Assembly (NCBI GenBank): GCA_030141605.1
Contig: JAQGDQ010000022.1
Location: forward strand, 310,001-374,000
Reading direction: 5' to 3'
DNA: 64,000 nucleotides
Origin: Tubiluchus corallicola
Taxonomy: Eukaryota > Animalia > Priapulida
This document shows positions 62,201 to 64,000 of the stretch, piece by piece. Each line of letters begins with the position of its first letter. Within the stretch, counting starts at the first letter, position 1. Made by a program: the position numbers and the translations under genes. Below the pieces are notes generated by a model, which saw only the letters and a list, made by a program, of their open reading frames with translations, was not told the origin of the DNA and searched no databases.

Positions 62201-64000
62201 CCTCATGGCAGCTGAAGAAATGAGTAACTTCTCTTATTTCATTTTTACCACTGGTCAGTTTTTGGATATTTGTAAAAGTTCTGGAAATTTTGTATGGGCT
62301 GGGATGTTCACAAATTATTATTGATTAAAATGTTTTGATATTATTTTTATAGCAGAATAGTATTTTACTATTTGGTGTTTTGACTAGTCTGCTTCTCTAA
62401 AACTTGATGTGTTTTTCACGCAAACAATCACATTAGGGGTATCTCAGCAAAAGAACACCACACTTTTCTTCAAAAGAAAAAAGCCTTAGTTGCTCATAAA
62501 TAGTTTGATTGTGTTAAAGTCCATACGGATCATTAGTCCCAGTTGGCTATCACCTAAATAGGGCTAAATCATTGCGTAGCTCATAATCGGAATGTAAAAG
62601 TAAATATTTGCATGGTAACTGTGAGTTCTAATGTTTTTAATTTTGTAATTTATATAAATCATTATATGGACCTGTAAATAACAGTAAAGCTAGAATTTTA
62701 CTCACTATAAAAAGATCTTGCCCTGCAAAGCCTTTCACTACCTTAGATAATTTCAACATGGTGACGTGGGGTGGAAATAACATCCCTCAAGCAACTGCAT
62801 TTAGTACATAATACGTGACACATCCAAGTGATTTACAACACTGTAAATTTCTGTTTTTTTTAAAAAGGCAGTGGCTAAAGGTACGGATTTGTACTTGTCT
62901 TTTCTGATCCGTATTCGTAGTTATTTTGCAACAAATACGGATCCGTGCTTTTTGTGACATTTACAAAGCATACGGCGTTTGACCATGTGCCCTGCACATC
63001 GTTGAAAAGTACATGCCCTCTTCATGAAAATGGTGATATGGCATTATACAGCCTGTAGCCGTACCATTTTTCTTCGGTACCATTTTTCTTCGTGATATAA
63101 TAGTTACACTGTAAATATTAGTTAGTCTGCTTTTATTGTCTTGCAAATTGTTAGCTTTGATTTAGTGTTGCATAAGCTACCAATTAATAGTTTGTTTGCT
63201 TTATTTTATTTATTGTTACAAAAACTTTAGTATTTTGATGTGTAGTAGGCCAGTTTGCAAGAGTTTAAATCTTAATGTGTTATGAATTTCTTAGAGTGCT
63301 GTAATATGATGACCTACCAGCCTGTATTTTTCTATAGAGTGTTGTGAATGCGATAACCTACTAACTGTATTTCTCCTTAGTTTGAGTTGTGATTCACTGA
63401 CTTGTCAAACATAGCAAAAATTTCTAGTCTTTATGTAATATACAGTAGGTCCAATTTATAAGAGTTGCTGAATTGTTACATGCACCTGTTGCCAGGTATG
63501 CTATGAATATTATAACATGCTACTATTACTTGCTTGGTTTATTATTTTGTTTGTCATTCTAAACATTTTAAAGCATCTTTATGTGAACCAGGTCCCATAT
63601 TAATTAGTTATTTTATTATTTTGCTTATCAAAGCTGTACAAAAGTCAATGACTGCCATATTCCAATTCAATTTTTGTAGTGTTTTATACGTCATTTCTAT
63701 TAAAAAATAAAAAGACCATTTTTCAAATTTGCATTTAACTAAAGGCTGCAATAAGTATAATTACGTTCGATTGTTACATTAATCCACTTTATATTGAGTT
63801 AAAACATCAAGTTACTTCACTTTCTCTGTGATTCCTCGGGGCTAAAGGTTTGAACAGGGCGAGACTTATAATGTGTAATGTATAAAGCTAGTTCATGAAA
63901 ACTAGTTAATTCGCTGATTAGAAAGCAATAATTTCTATTTGTGAATTAAAACCTAAATTTTGTATCCTTAATGCCGAAAAACAGTTACAAAACTCCTTAC

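Noticed and set aside
62906-62943. Hairpin gatccgtattcgtag...caacaaatacggatc
   Set aside because: Isolated 13/15 inverted repeat with no element boundaries or RNA motif.
59300-64000. Short ORFs upstream of WDR17
   Set aside because: No recognisable domains or consistent exon chain; treated as 5'-UTR intron or intergenic DNA.

Overview
AT-rich, intron-rich animal genomic DNA from an invertebrate. It looks cnidarian/hydrozoan-like, but the taxon cannot be fixed from sequence alone. By walking splice sites and reading frames by hand I rebuilt four complete spliced genes with consistent intron phases. (1) + strand 2079-3611: a 192-aa signal-peptide protein with one VWC/SVWC-like 10-Cys domain and a GPI-signal-like tail. 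(2) + strand 4791-15458: a 398-aa type II membrane short-chain collagen (C4/spongin-like C-terminal domain) with a furin site. (3) - strand 29512-16948: a 984-aa INF2-type formin. (4) - strand 59256-33088: a 1294-aa WDR17 orthologue with two candidate frame-preserving microexons. The strongest signal is the formin. It keeps the DID, the dimerisation motifs and the DAD core, but lacks a polyproline FH1, has substitutions at both canonical FH2 actin-binding residues and has lost the WH2 LRKT motif. It also carries LC8-, polo-box-, D-box- and KEN-box-like motifs, so it is a candidate cell-cycle-regulated pseudo-formin. The introns contain tRNA- and 5S-derived SINE-like sequences, TIR elements, LINE tails and satellites. 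Most ORF-track entries are exon fragments or spurious. Comparisons with human proteins and repeat consensus sequences are from memory and need confirming by alignment.
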